Positions 32,785-41,473 of a DNA stretch of 64,000 bases are shown here, piece by piece. The notes under the pieces were generated by a model. The model did not search any database. It had not been told where the DNA came from and saw nothing but the letters and a program-made list of their open reading frames with translations. Position 1 is the stretch's first letter. Each line of letters begins with the position of its first letter. The stretch lies in assembly GCA_963845245.1 (NCBI GenBank), contig CAWJRJ010000012.1, forward strand, positions 32,001 to 96,000, in the 5' to 3' direction. This DNA is from Nitrospirota bacterium. GTDB taxonomy: Bacteria; Nitrospirota; JACRHJ01. A program made the position numbers and the translations under genes.

Positions 32785-34524
32785 GTGCAGCGAAAAGACG
32801 GAAAGGACCCAAAGGCGAGGGCTAGGGCCCTGCTGAAGGAAGAGCGGGGCGCGGTGATAAAGCCGCGCGGCGGCCGTACAACAGTCGCACTGGTCTATCC
32901 AAACACATATTACGTGGGTATGTCCAGCCTGGGGTTCCAGACCGTATACCGGATAATAAACGGGAGAAAGGACGCGCTTGCCGAAAGGGTGTTCCTCCCG
33001 GATGAGGCAGAGAGGGATGCATTCAGGAAAAACCGGACGCCCCTGTTTGCGATGGAGTCGCAGACCCCGGTTTCAAACTTTGATATTGCGGCCTTCTCGG
33101 TCTCCTTTGAGAACGATTATTCAAACGTCGCCGAAACGCTCCGGCTCTCGGGCATGCCCCCCATGTCCCGGGACCGGGGCGACGGCTATCCCCTCGTAAT
33201 CCTCGGCGGTATCTGCACCTTTTTCAACCCAGAACCAATCGCGGATTTCTTCGACCTCGTCGTCATAGGCGAGGCCGAGGACGTATTGACGGAGCTCCTC
33301 GACGCCTATGAGGAACACAAGCACCTTCCCCGCAAAGATCTGTTAAACAGACTTTCAGCGATACCCGGGATTTATATACCGTCGCTTTATGAACCATCCT
33401 ATTCGCCGGACGGCAGCCTCGTATCCTTTCGCCCTGTCGGAGCCGTCACGGACAAGATAACACGCCGGTACGTAAAAGACATCGACGCCCGGCCAGCGCA
33501 CAGCATGATACTTACACCCAATACCGAGTTCTCGAACATGTTCATGGTCGAGGTGTCGCGCGGCTGCGGTCGGCACTGCCGGTTCTGCATGGCGGGCTAC
33601 CTCTACCGTCCGCCGAGGGCAGTCGGCCTTGAGCGGGTGATGGCAATTATAGAAGACGCGAAAGGCAGAACAGGCAAGATAGGACTGGTGGGAGCGGCGG
33701 TATCCGATTACCCGGAGGTAGCGGCGCTCTCCGGACGGCTTGTGGACATGGACGTGAACTTTTCCGCGTCCTCCCTGCGTGCGGACTCCCTAACGCCTGA
33801 GCTTGTGAGCCTTGTGGCGAAGGGCAACCGCACTGTAGCCATCGCGCCCGAGGCGGGCTCCGAGCGGCTCCGCGCCGTGATAAACAAGAACATTACCGAG
33901 GCCCAGATACTGGACGCGGTGCGTATGCTGGTGGACGGCAATATCCTCAACATAAAGCTCTACTTCATGGTGGGCCTGCCGACGGAGACGGACGAGGACG
34001 TGGATGCGATAGTGGTCCTTGCGAAGAAGGCGGGCGAGGCACAGCTTGAAGCGGCAAGGAAGAAGGGCAGGATGGGCCGCCTTACCCTCAGTATCAACTG
34101 CTTCATACCAAAACCCTGGACGCCGTTCCAGTGGGTGCCTATGGACGACGTCGGTTCGCTGAACAAGAAGATAAAACATATCAAGGCGCAGCTTAAGGGC
34201 GTATCGAACATTGACGTCATCAACGATGCACCGAAGCATGCATATATCCAGGGCGCACTCTCACGCGGCGACAGACGGCTCTCGAAGGTGGTGCTGGCGG
34301 CAGCAGAAAACGGCGGAAACTGGACGAAGGCATTTGCGTCTGAAGGGCTGTCCATGGAGTTCTATGCCGGGCGCACGCGCGAGCGCGACGAGTTATTTCC
34401 GTGGGACTTCATTGATACAAAGATTAAACGGGAATATCTGTGGAAGGAAAACGTAAAGTCGAAGACGGGTGTACTATCTACCCGGTGTAATACCAAGAAA
34501 TGCAAAACATGTGGAGTATGTTAG
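32785..34524 (+). CDS. Radical SAM protein with N-terminal cobalamin-binding-like domain
   Basis: RGCGRHCRFC (CxxxCxxC), YPNTYYVGMSSLG, APEAGSERLR, C-terminal CxxCGVC. Confidence 0.9.
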   Translation: MQRKDGKDPKARARALLKEERGAVIKPRGGRTTVALVYPNTYYVGMSSLGFQTVYRIINGRKDALAERVFLPDEAERDAFRKNRTPLFAMESQTPVSNFDIAAFSVSFENDYSNVAETLRLSGMPPMSRDRGDGYPLVILGGICTFFNPEPIADFFDLVVIGEAEDVLTELLDAYEEHKHLPRKDLLNRLSAIPGIYIPSLYEPSYSPDGSLVSFRPVGAVTDKITRRYVKDIDARPAHSMILTPNTEFSNMFMVEVSRGCGRHCRFCMAGYLYRPPRAVGLERVMAIIEDAKGRTGKIGLVGAAVSDYPEVAALSGRLVDMDVNFSASSLRADSLTPELVSLVAKGNRTVAIAPEAGSERLRAVINKNITEAQILDAVRMLVDGNILNIKLYFMVGLPTETDEDVDAIVVLAKKAGEAQLEAARKKGRMGRLTLSINCFIPKPWTPFQWVPMDDVGSLNKKIKHIKAQLKGVSNIDVINDAPKHAYIQGALSRGDRRLSKVVLAAAENGGNWTKAFASEGLSMEFYAGRTRERDELFPWDFIDTKIKREYLWKENVKSKTGVLSTRCNTKKCKTCGVC

Positions 34525-34607
34525 ACCGTTACTTTTTTGGAAAAAGGTAACGCCAAAAACTTTTATTTTTCTTTGTTTACTTTCTTTTTTTAAAAGAAAG
34601 TAAAGGT

Positions 34608-34636
34608 TTGTCTTGGTGTGTATTTTTTGATATACT
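34608..34636 (+). promoter_or_regulatory. Sigma70-type promoter of the ATPase-kinase/STAS/HD-GYP operon
   Basis: TTGTCT 34608-34613, 17-bp spacer, extended -10 TGaTATACT (hexamer 34631-34636). Confidence 0.6.
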
Positions 34637-34674
34637 GCAATACACAATCCAAACAAAAAACGAGAGGTTAAGCC

Positions 34675-36339
34675 TTGCCTTTCAGCAATATCCCAAAGGA
34701 CAAGTTCAGGGGCAGGGAAGAGGAACTCGGCTTTTTAAAGAGTCTTTCCGGCGGGAGTAGTATTGCCGGAAGCATCCTCCTCACCGGACAAAGGGGCATA
34801 GGCAAGACGGCGCTTCTGCGCCATCTGCACCGGACTCTTTTTAAAAACCTTGAAGGCCCTGTTCCATTCTACTACCGTTTCCAATCCCCCTCTCTCAAAG
34901 GCTCCGCTTTCGCAAAAGATATCTTTGCCAGGCTCGTCAGGCAGACGGTCGCCTGCTATAAGCATGATGAATCACTTGCCGCGAACCTCACGATCCCGCT
35001 CCAGAAAATAATGAACAAGGCTACCGGCCAGAAGCTTGCATTCCTGCATGAGCTTGCAGAGGATTTCGACGCATCGGCGAGAGAAGGCGATTTTCATTCC
35101 ATGATAAATGCGGCGCTCTCAGCGCCTGCGGTGGTAGCGGAAAAGTTAGGTTTGCGTGTTGTCGTCATGCTGGACGATTTCCATCTTTCAAACGGCCTTT
35201 ATGAGAACAATCCCGGAGACACCCCGTTTGCCTCGAACATCTTCACGGAGCTTATGGACGCGGCGGGTTGTTCCTACATTCTTGCATGCCACTCAGAAGA
35301 AGGCATTTCGCCAGGTCTCGCAAGCAGGCTTGCTTTGCATGGTCTGGCCGAAGACTCGGCCTTCGCGCTCTTTAAGGACGATTGCTCAATGTACGGGATA
35401 GACGTGCCGGGCGAGGCCAGGGAGCTGATGAAGTATACGTGTGGGAACCCGAGCTATATCAAAAACATTGCCAACGCGATACATGTGATGAAACGCGACT
35501 CGGCGACGCCTGAGAACTTCCGTGAATGCTATGCACATGACGTTGCCGAGGGAGATACCGCGACTTATCTTGCATCGGTACTAGGCGGGCAGATGGGAAG
35601 CCGTCTTATGATCAGGCCAGCCCTGGAGTTGATGATGCACCTGGTTGAAACGCAAGATATTTCCAACGACCCGAAGAGACTCTTTAGTGCCCTTGGAATA
35701 GCCGAGGAAAAAGTCGAGACTATTCTGGACGGGCTTGTACTGGCGGGATTTGTAAGAGCGGGTGCGGCAATATCGATTGCGGAAGATACGGTGCTGCAGG
35801 ATTCCATACGCGCCCGTTATATGATCGAGGTGGAGGGCAGGGCGTCTGAGATCGTCCGCGAGGACATGATACTCAGACGTTTCGGGCCTGAGGGCGAGGC
35901 GCCAATGCGTTTCGAGGTGGTGATACCTTCGGACGTGCCGGAGGCCGAGCTTGTGGCCGCGAAGGCCGTGAGGCAGATGGCAGAGAACGCGAAGATGGGC
36001 TCCGATGAGGCGGACAGGCTACAGCTAGCGGTGATCGAGGCATGCATAAATGCGATGGAGCACAGCGGCAGCCATGAGAAGAAGGTGTTCCTCACCTGCA
36101 CTGTTAAGGACGGCAGGATCGAGGTGTGCGTGGAGAGCCAGGGCGGCAAGTCGTTCGAGCTTGGAGGCCCGGCTGAAAAGCCTGAAGACGCGGAAGATGG
36201 TGGCACGCCCCGCATGCGGGGTTATGGCCTGAAGCTTATCAGCGGATATACTGACGGGCTTAAGGTGGAAAGGGCGGGCTCGCGCGCGCGGCTCGTGCTT
36301 CTGAAAAATATCAAGTCAGTAAAAGAGAACCATGACTGA
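34675..36339 (+). CDS. P-loop ATPase (archaeal-ATPase/STAND-like) fused to a C-terminal RsbW/SpoIIAB-type serine kinase domain
   Basis: FRGREEEL, Walker A GQRGIGKT, Walker B VVVMLDDF, GNP, wHTH-like segment; C-terminal LAVIEACINAMEHS and RGYGLKLI. Confidence 0.8.
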   Translation: MPFSNIPKDKFRGREEELGFLKSLSGGSSIAGSILLTGQRGIGKTALLRHLHRTLFKNLEGPVPFYYRFQSPSLKGSAFAKDIFARLVRQTVACYKHDESLAANLTIPLQKIMNKATGQKLAFLHELAEDFDASAREGDFHSMINAALSAPAVVAEKLGLRVVVMLDDFHLSNGLYENNPGDTPFASNIFTELMDAAGCSYILACHSEEGISPGLASRLALHGLAEDSAFALFKDDCSMYGIDVPGEARELMKYTCGNPSYIKNIANAIHVMKRDSATPENFRECYAHDVAEGDTATYLASVLGGQMGSRLMIRPALELMMHLVETQDISNDPKRLFSALGIAEEKVETILDGLVLAGFVRAGAAISIAEDTVLQDSIRARYMIEVEGRASEIVREDMILRRFGPEGEAPMRFEVVIPSDVPEAELVAAKAVRQMAENAKMGSDEADRLQLAVIEACINAMEHSGSHEKKVFLTCTVKDGRIEVCVESQGGKSFELGGPAEKPEDAEDGGTPRMRGYGLKLISGYTDGLKVERAGSRARLVLLKNIKSVKENHD

Positions 36340-36367
36340 AATCAACTGTTCTAGGGGAAAAGGACTA

Positions 36368-36718
36368 ATGACAAAATTCAACGTGGAATCCAAAATTTCC
36401 GGGGACGTCGCGATACTCTACCCGCAAGGCTACCTGAACAACCTGGCCGCAGAGGGGCTTGAGAAGGAATGCGATGCCTGCATCGCAAAGGGCATCAGGA
36501 AGATCGTCCTTAACCTGAACGGCATTGAGCTTATAAACAGCATAGGCATCTCCATCCTGCTTGGAGTGATAGAGAAGGTAAAGGGTACGGACGGCACGCT
36601 CTGCTTCACGAACCTGAGCAAGCTGCATTCCGAGACGTTTGAGATGCTTGGCCTCTCAAAGTATATGAAGGTATTCGCCAGCGAAGATGATGCGCTTTCA
36701 CACCTGAGGGCACATTAG
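36368..36718 (+). CDS. STAS-domain anti-sigma factor antagonist (RsbV/SpoIIAA-like)
   Basis: IVLNLNGIELINSIGISIL with the phosphoacceptor Ser, and FEMLGL. Confidence 0.9.
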   Translation: MTKFNVESKISGDVAILYPQGYLNNLAAEGLEKECDACIAKGIRKIVLNLNGIELINSIGISILLGVIEKVKGTDGTLCFTNLSKLHSETFEMLGLSKYMKVFASEDDALSHLRAH

Positions 36719-36719
36719 G

Positions 36720-37943
36720 ATGAAGAAGCTCGACAAGGTACTCTATAGTATCGCGGCGCTCGCGGACCTGGGCGAGGAGACTGCGTCGTCCGAGGATTTC
36801 AAAAAGAAGATGCGCACCGTCCTCCATGTGACGATGGGGACGTTCCTCGCGCATGGAGGGGCGCTGTTTTCATTCGACAAGGCCAGGCAGACCCTGGTAC
36901 CCCTCGCCAGCAGGGGCTTTAAAGGGTTGCGCGCGTCAAAGGCGGACCCGGAGGGCCTTGCAAAATACAGGAACAGGCCGTTTAAGGCAGGAGCCGCCGA
37001 CCGACCCGGAGGCGATTTTCATGCAAAGCTTGAGAAGGCAGGGGCCGAGCTGCTCATGCCTTTGTTTGCGCGTGACGGGCTGGTAGGGCTGATCGCCCTT
37101 TCCGGGAAGTTCACCGGCGAGCCCTACAACAAGGGAGACTGCGAGCTTCTTAAAGTAATCGCCAGCCAGATAGCCATCACGCTCCAGAACCACAACCTCT
37201 TCGCGCACCTCACCGAGAAGCTCGACGAAAACAAAAAACTCTACGAGGAGATGCGGGTAATATACAACGACACGATACAGGCATTCGCCGCCGCTATCGA
37301 CGCGAAGGACGTTTACACCAAGAACCACTCCTCGCGTGTCGCAAAGTACGTAGTGGCTATAGCGAAGGAACTCGGCTGGAACGAGATGGACACCGAAGGT
37401 ATTTACATCGCCGGGCTATTGCATGACGTGGGCAAGATAATAATCAGCGACGAGCTTCTGAAGAAGCAGACCCCGTTCACGCCGGAGGAGGTAGTCGAGA
37501 TAAAGAGACATCCGGCGCTTTCCTACAATATACTATCCAAGATAAAGTTCCCCTGGAAGGACGTGGTGGACACCATAAGGCACCACCACGAAAGACTGGA
37601 CGGCAAGGGCTACCCGGACGCGATAACCAGTTCGTCCCTCAGCGACGGGGCAAAGATACTCACGCTTGCCGACTCTTTCGATGCGATGACGCAGGACAGA
37701 CCGTACAGGAAAAAACTCGACCTGCATGTGGCGATAGACGAGCTACGGCGCTGCCTCGGCACGCAGTTCGACAACAACATCATGGATGCGTTCTGCGCCG
37801 TGCTTGAAAAAGAGATCAAGGGCCACCTACCGGAGCCGGACATCCTGCCCCACCTTACCCAGGACTTCGACCCCTCCGTAATCACCACGATGCTTGAGGC
37901 GATACGCGAAGAGCTAAGCGATGGAAGGGCCGCACGCGCATAG
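36720..37943 (+). CDS. GAF + HD-GYP phosphohydrolase (putative cyclic dinucleotide phosphodiesterase)
   Basis: AKDVYTKNHSSRV, LHDVGKI, HHERLDGKGYP, ADSFDAMT.DRPYR. Confidence 0.9.
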   Translation: MKKLDKVLYSIAALADLGEETASSEDFKKKMRTVLHVTMGTFLAHGGALFSFDKARQTLVPLASRGFKGLRASKADPEGLAKYRNRPFKAGAADRPGGDFHAKLEKAGAELLMPLFARDGLVGLIALSGKFTGEPYNKGDCELLKVIASQIAITLQNHNLFAHLTEKLDENKKLYEEMRVIYNDTIQAFAAAIDAKDVYTKNHSSRVAKYVVAIAKELGWNEMDTEGIYIAGLLHDVGKIIISDELLKKQTPFTPEEVVEIKRHPALSYNILSKIKFPWKDVVDTIRHHHERLDGKGYPDAITSSSLSDGAKILTLADSFDAMTQDRPYRKKLDLHVAIDELRRCLGTQFDNNIMDAFCAVLEKEIKGHLPEPDILPHLTQDFDPSVITTMLEAIREELSDGRAARA

Positions 37944-37952
37944 TGTGAATAG

Positions 37953-37978
37953 AAAAGGCGGCCTTTTCAGGCCGCCTT
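37953..37978. terminator. Terminator between convergent genes
   Basis: aaaaggcggcct-tttc-aggccgcctt. Confidence 0.7.
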
Positions 37979-38019
37979 CCAAAATGTTCAAATATATAAC
38001 CTGAGTGTTTGTCGGCTAC

Positions 38020-38382
38020 TCACTTATCTCTCTTGAAAACATGGGTGTCGATAACAGAGCTGTATTCCACTACAACCGTAATGCTTGACCCAACACCACA
38101 TTCTCCGCAACCCGTGTATGAGGTGACGGTGCCTCCCTGCGAGCCCCATAGTGCCTGAGCATCGGCCTGGGAACTCATTTTGCTGGCTATTACGTCTCCT
38201 GGAATGTTTGTTTCGTGACCGTTATATGGAGTTATCTTACCGCTGACAACCTCCTTGATAGTGAGTTCGTCATGCCAACTTTCGGCACTCCGCGACGTTT
38301 GCGCCTCACCCGCCAGAGTCGAACCGCACAGCATACAGAATATCGCCGAAGCCAGTATCAAATGTCTAACATAACCAAGCAT
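38020..38382 (-). CDS. Hypothetical exported protein
   Basis: GGAGG RBS, signal-peptide-like N-terminus, CGEC motif. Confidence 0.65.
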   Translation of the reverse strand: MLGYVRHLILASAIFCMLCGSTLAGEAQTSRSAESWHDELTIKEVVSGKITPYNGHETNIPGDVIASKMSSQADAQALWGSQGGTVTSYTGCGECGVGSSITVVVEYSSVIDTHVFKRDK

Positions 38383-38451
38383 TACAGCCTCCTTTGTAAA
38401 TGCAAATTTGCCGGTACTTCTATGCTTTGCCTTGCTTGCGCTGTGGGAAAA

Positions 38452-38955
38452 CTACTTTTCGGCGTATCCATATCCCATACCTTGCACTACCTTGCCGTTA
38501 TTGACGCCTATTATCCCATGCTCTACATCGCCGTCTGCACAACCGCCACTGAAGCGCATCATGATTTCAGCAGCTTTATTGTCAGACTTTACACCCCATC
38601 CCCAATCCAAGAATGTCTTAATTTTCAATTGTGATTTGTCAGAGTCCGATAGCACAAAACCCCACTGAAAGTTTCCCTTGTTTTGTCCAGGCTGACAATC
38701 ATTGACGTATTCGCCCGTACCATCGCTATTGAATATACGTGTATTATTCTCACTCATTCCAGAAAAATATAGTGTTTTTCCGCAAATATCACCAATCCCA
38801 TCGGACGGAGAAAAATCAGTTGTAACTGCGATATTCGTACCATTACCGAGATTAATAACTGAAGTCTTTCTGTCTGCGTTCGATTGCGAAAACGCTAACG
38901 CAGATACTAATAGAATCATGAATGTTGCTGACCCAATTCTGAATATTTTCCGCAT
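38452..38955 (-). CDS. Hypothetical exported protein
   Basis: AAGGAG RBS, signal peptide ending ALAFS, lower GC than the flanks. Confidence 0.7.
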   Translation of the reverse strand: MRKIFRIGSATFMILLVSALAFSQSNADRKTSVINLGNGTNIAVTTDFSPSDGIGDICGKTLYFSGMSENNTRIFNSDGTGEYVNDCQPGQNKGNFQWGFVLSDSDKSQLKIKTFLDWGWGVKSDNKAAEIMMRFSGGCADGDVEHGIIGVNNGKVVQGMGYGYAEK

Positions 38956-39202
38956 AATGTAACTCCTTTATCAAGGTTAAAATTAATCCATTAATAACGC
39001 TGTCTGACGAGTTAGATTTTATTTGCTTTTTTTACATGAAGAAACAGGACGGCGAGATTGTATCAACTACAATGGGGGAGGTAATGCGCACGCAGTTCCG
39101 ATATCGTCGCCGGGCATAAAAGTCAAGTCATATGCCACGTTATTCCTCCTTTCAAAATCGTATTTTCCGCTCTTAAGAAAAGCAGAAAAATTAACTGCAA
39201 AT

Positions 39203-39237
39203 AAAAACCCATCATTGGAAACAATGACGGGCTTTTT
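39203..39237 (-). terminator. Intrinsic terminator or attenuator upstream of the two exported-protein genes
   Basis: Minus-strand gcccgtcattg-tttc-caatgatgggt-tttt; the G-U pairs form only on the minus strand. Confidence 0.7.
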
Positions 39238-39347
39238 GAGATTTAAGCAATCTTTGAAGCCCACTCGACAGGGTATTGCGTGCTTCTTGAAGATTGCCCA
39301 AATTTTGATTAAAACATATTAATATATATTATAAGAGCAGGTCAAGC

Positions 39348-39375
39348 AAAAAGGGCGGCATCGCTGCCGCCCTTC
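39348..39375 (-). terminator. clpX terminator
   Basis: aaaaagggcggca-tcgc-tgccgccctt. Confidence 0.75.
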
Positions 39376-39391
39376 GAGATGTTTATTGGTT

Positions 39392-39440
39392 GTAACTGCG
39401 AGAAACGAACTGAGATTGCCACGCTGCGCTCGCAATGACA
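39392..39440. repeat. REP-like element (GAGATTGCCAC...CTCGCAATGAC type)
   Basis: gagattgccacgctgcgctcgcaatgac; a related core gagattgccac occurs near 55507. Confidence 0.6.
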
Positions 39441-39455
39441 AACTTAAGAGTATCC

Positions 39456-40722
39456 CTACGACGCCTCTTTCTCTTTCTCCGGTTCTTTCTCGTATATCAT
39501 GATAGGCGACTCGTGGTTCGCGTATCACCTCTTCGTTGATGATGACCTCCTTGACGTTGCTCTGTGACGGCACGTCGTACATGAGGTCGAGCATCACGTC
39601 TTCAAGTATGGCGCGAAGGCCTCTGGCCCCGGTCTTGCGGGAGACGGCCTTCTTGGCGATGGCCTTGAGCGCGCCCTCGGTGAAGCGAAGCTTGACGCCC
39701 TCCATCGTAAGGAGCTTCTGGTACTGCTTGATGAGCGAGTTCTTCGGCTCGGTGAGTATCCGCACCAGCGCCTCTTCGTCAAGCTCCTCAAGGGTGGCAA
39801 GCACGGGTATGCGGCCTACGAACTCCGGTATCATACCGAACTTCAAAAGGTCCTCAGGCTGGACCTGCGCCAGCACCACTCCGAGCATCTGCTCCTTCTT
39901 GGACTTGACCTCGGCGCCGAAGCCCAGGACCTTGTCGCCGCCGCGCGAGGATATGACCTTCTCAAGCCCGACGAACGCGCCGCCGCATATGAACAGGATG
40001 TTCGTGGTGTCCACCTGTATGAACTCCTGGTGCGGGTGCTTCCTGCCGCCCTGCGGCGGTACTGCCGCCACCGTGCCCTCGATGATCTTGAGGAGCGCCT
40101 GCTGCACGCCCTCGCCGGATACGTCGCGGGTGATGGACGGGTTCTCGGACTTCCTGCTTATCTTGTCTATCTCGTCTATGTAGATGATGCCCCTCTGCGC
40201 GCGCTCGGCGTCGTAGTCGGCCGCCTGCAGGAGTTTTAAGACTATGTTCTCGACGTCTTCGCCGACGTAGCCGGCTTCCGTCAAGGTCGTCGCGTCCGCA
40301 ATCGTGAACGGGACGTCGAGCATGCGGGCGAGCGTCTGTGCAAGAAGGGTCTTGCCGACGCCGGTCGGGCCGATGAGCAGGATGTTCGACTTCTGGAGCT
40401 CGACGTCGTCCAGCTCGGTCATCGGGGTGCTTATCCTCTTGTAGTGGTTATGCACCGCGACTGAGAGTATCTTCTTGGCGCGCTCCTGCCCGATGACGTA
40501 TTCGTCCAGGAACCGCTTGATCTCGGCGGGCTTGGGGAGCTTCGGCAGACCGCTTGCGCGCTCCTCGTCCCACTCCTCCGCAACGATGTCGTTGCAGAGC
40601 TCTATGCACTCGTCGCAGATGAAGACAGTCGGACCGGCTATAAGCTTCCTGACCTCGTCCTGGCTCTTCCCGCAGAATGAACAATGGTGAACTGTTTTGT
40701 CGTTGTCCGACTTCTTTTCCAT
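39456..40722 (-). CDS. clpX: ATP-dependent Clp protease ATP-binding subunit ClpX, +1 frameshift near 39521 close to the C-terminus
   Basis: CSFCGK zinc domain, [26 protein letters not shown]; the corrected frame ends ...[18 protein letters not shown]. Confidence 0.97.
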
Positions 40723-40783
40723 GCGTGTACTCCTCCAAAACTACCGGTATTACAGTTACAATACGTATATCTTACGCTCAAAA

Positions 40784-41388
40784 CTACTTCTTAGGCGCTG
40801 GAGCCTCCGTTACCCTCTCGATGACCGAGTCTATCAGGCCGTACTCCTTCGCCTGCTCGCCGCCCATGAAGAAGTCGCGGTCGGTGTCCTGCCTGATCCG
40901 CTCTATGCTCCTGCCCGGTGGCGTTCGCCAGTATCTGGTTCAGGGTCTCCTTCAGCCTGAGTATCTCTCTTGCGTGTATCTCGATGTCCGTCGCCTGGCC
41001 CTGGAACCCGCCCAGAGGCTGGTGGATCATGATACGGGAGTTCGGCAGGGAGAACCTGCGGCCCTTTGCCCCGGCCGAAAGCAGGAGCGCGCCCATGCTT
41101 GCGGCCTGGCCCGACGCATATCGTGGATACCGGCGCCTTGACGTAGTTCATAGTGTCCATTATGGCAAGACCTGCCGTCACAACGCCGCCTGGGCTGTTG
41201 ATGTAGAGATGTATCTCCTTGTCCGGGTCGTCCGCTTCGAGGAACAGTATCTGGGCGATTATGCTGTTCGCGACGTCGTCGTCGATGGCGGTGCCCAGAA
41301 ATATTATCCTGTCCTTTAGAAGGCGGGAATAGATGTCGTAAGACCTCTCGCCCCTGGACGTCTGTTCTATTACATACGGTATCAGCAT
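40784..41388 (-). CDS. clpP: Clp protease proteolytic subunit ClpP, two +1 frameshifts near 41111 and 40911
   Basis: [29 protein letters not shown] (restored), [13 protein letters not shown] (restored). Confidence 0.96.
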
Positions 41389-41473
41389 CAAACCCTCCGG
41401 GTCAATTAAACGCCCAAATTCATATTAATAGTGTAATCCCAAACAGCGGGAAATGCAAGAGAGCGCTTGTTCG

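Noticed and set aside
32785..34524. Radical SAM gene after ftsZ as a novel association
   Set aside because: I recall similar placement in deltaproteobacterial genomes, and nothing here indicates a new system.
39245..39299. c-di-GMP-I riboswitch call for the hairpin near the HD-GYP gene
   Set aside because: It contains ACGCAA but lacks the GNRA/receptor two-hairpin architecture; kept only as an unclassified candidate.
39319..39455. C-terminal extension of ClpX in the ORF track
   Set aside because: An artefact of the frameshift; it reads through a REP-like element and the terminator.
40784..41388. Programmed frameshifting or true pseudogenisation of clpP (also ftsQ, clpX, RND, Lon-like)
   Set aside because: No slippery sites or other decay, and uniform +1 insertions across unrelated genes point to sequencing error.
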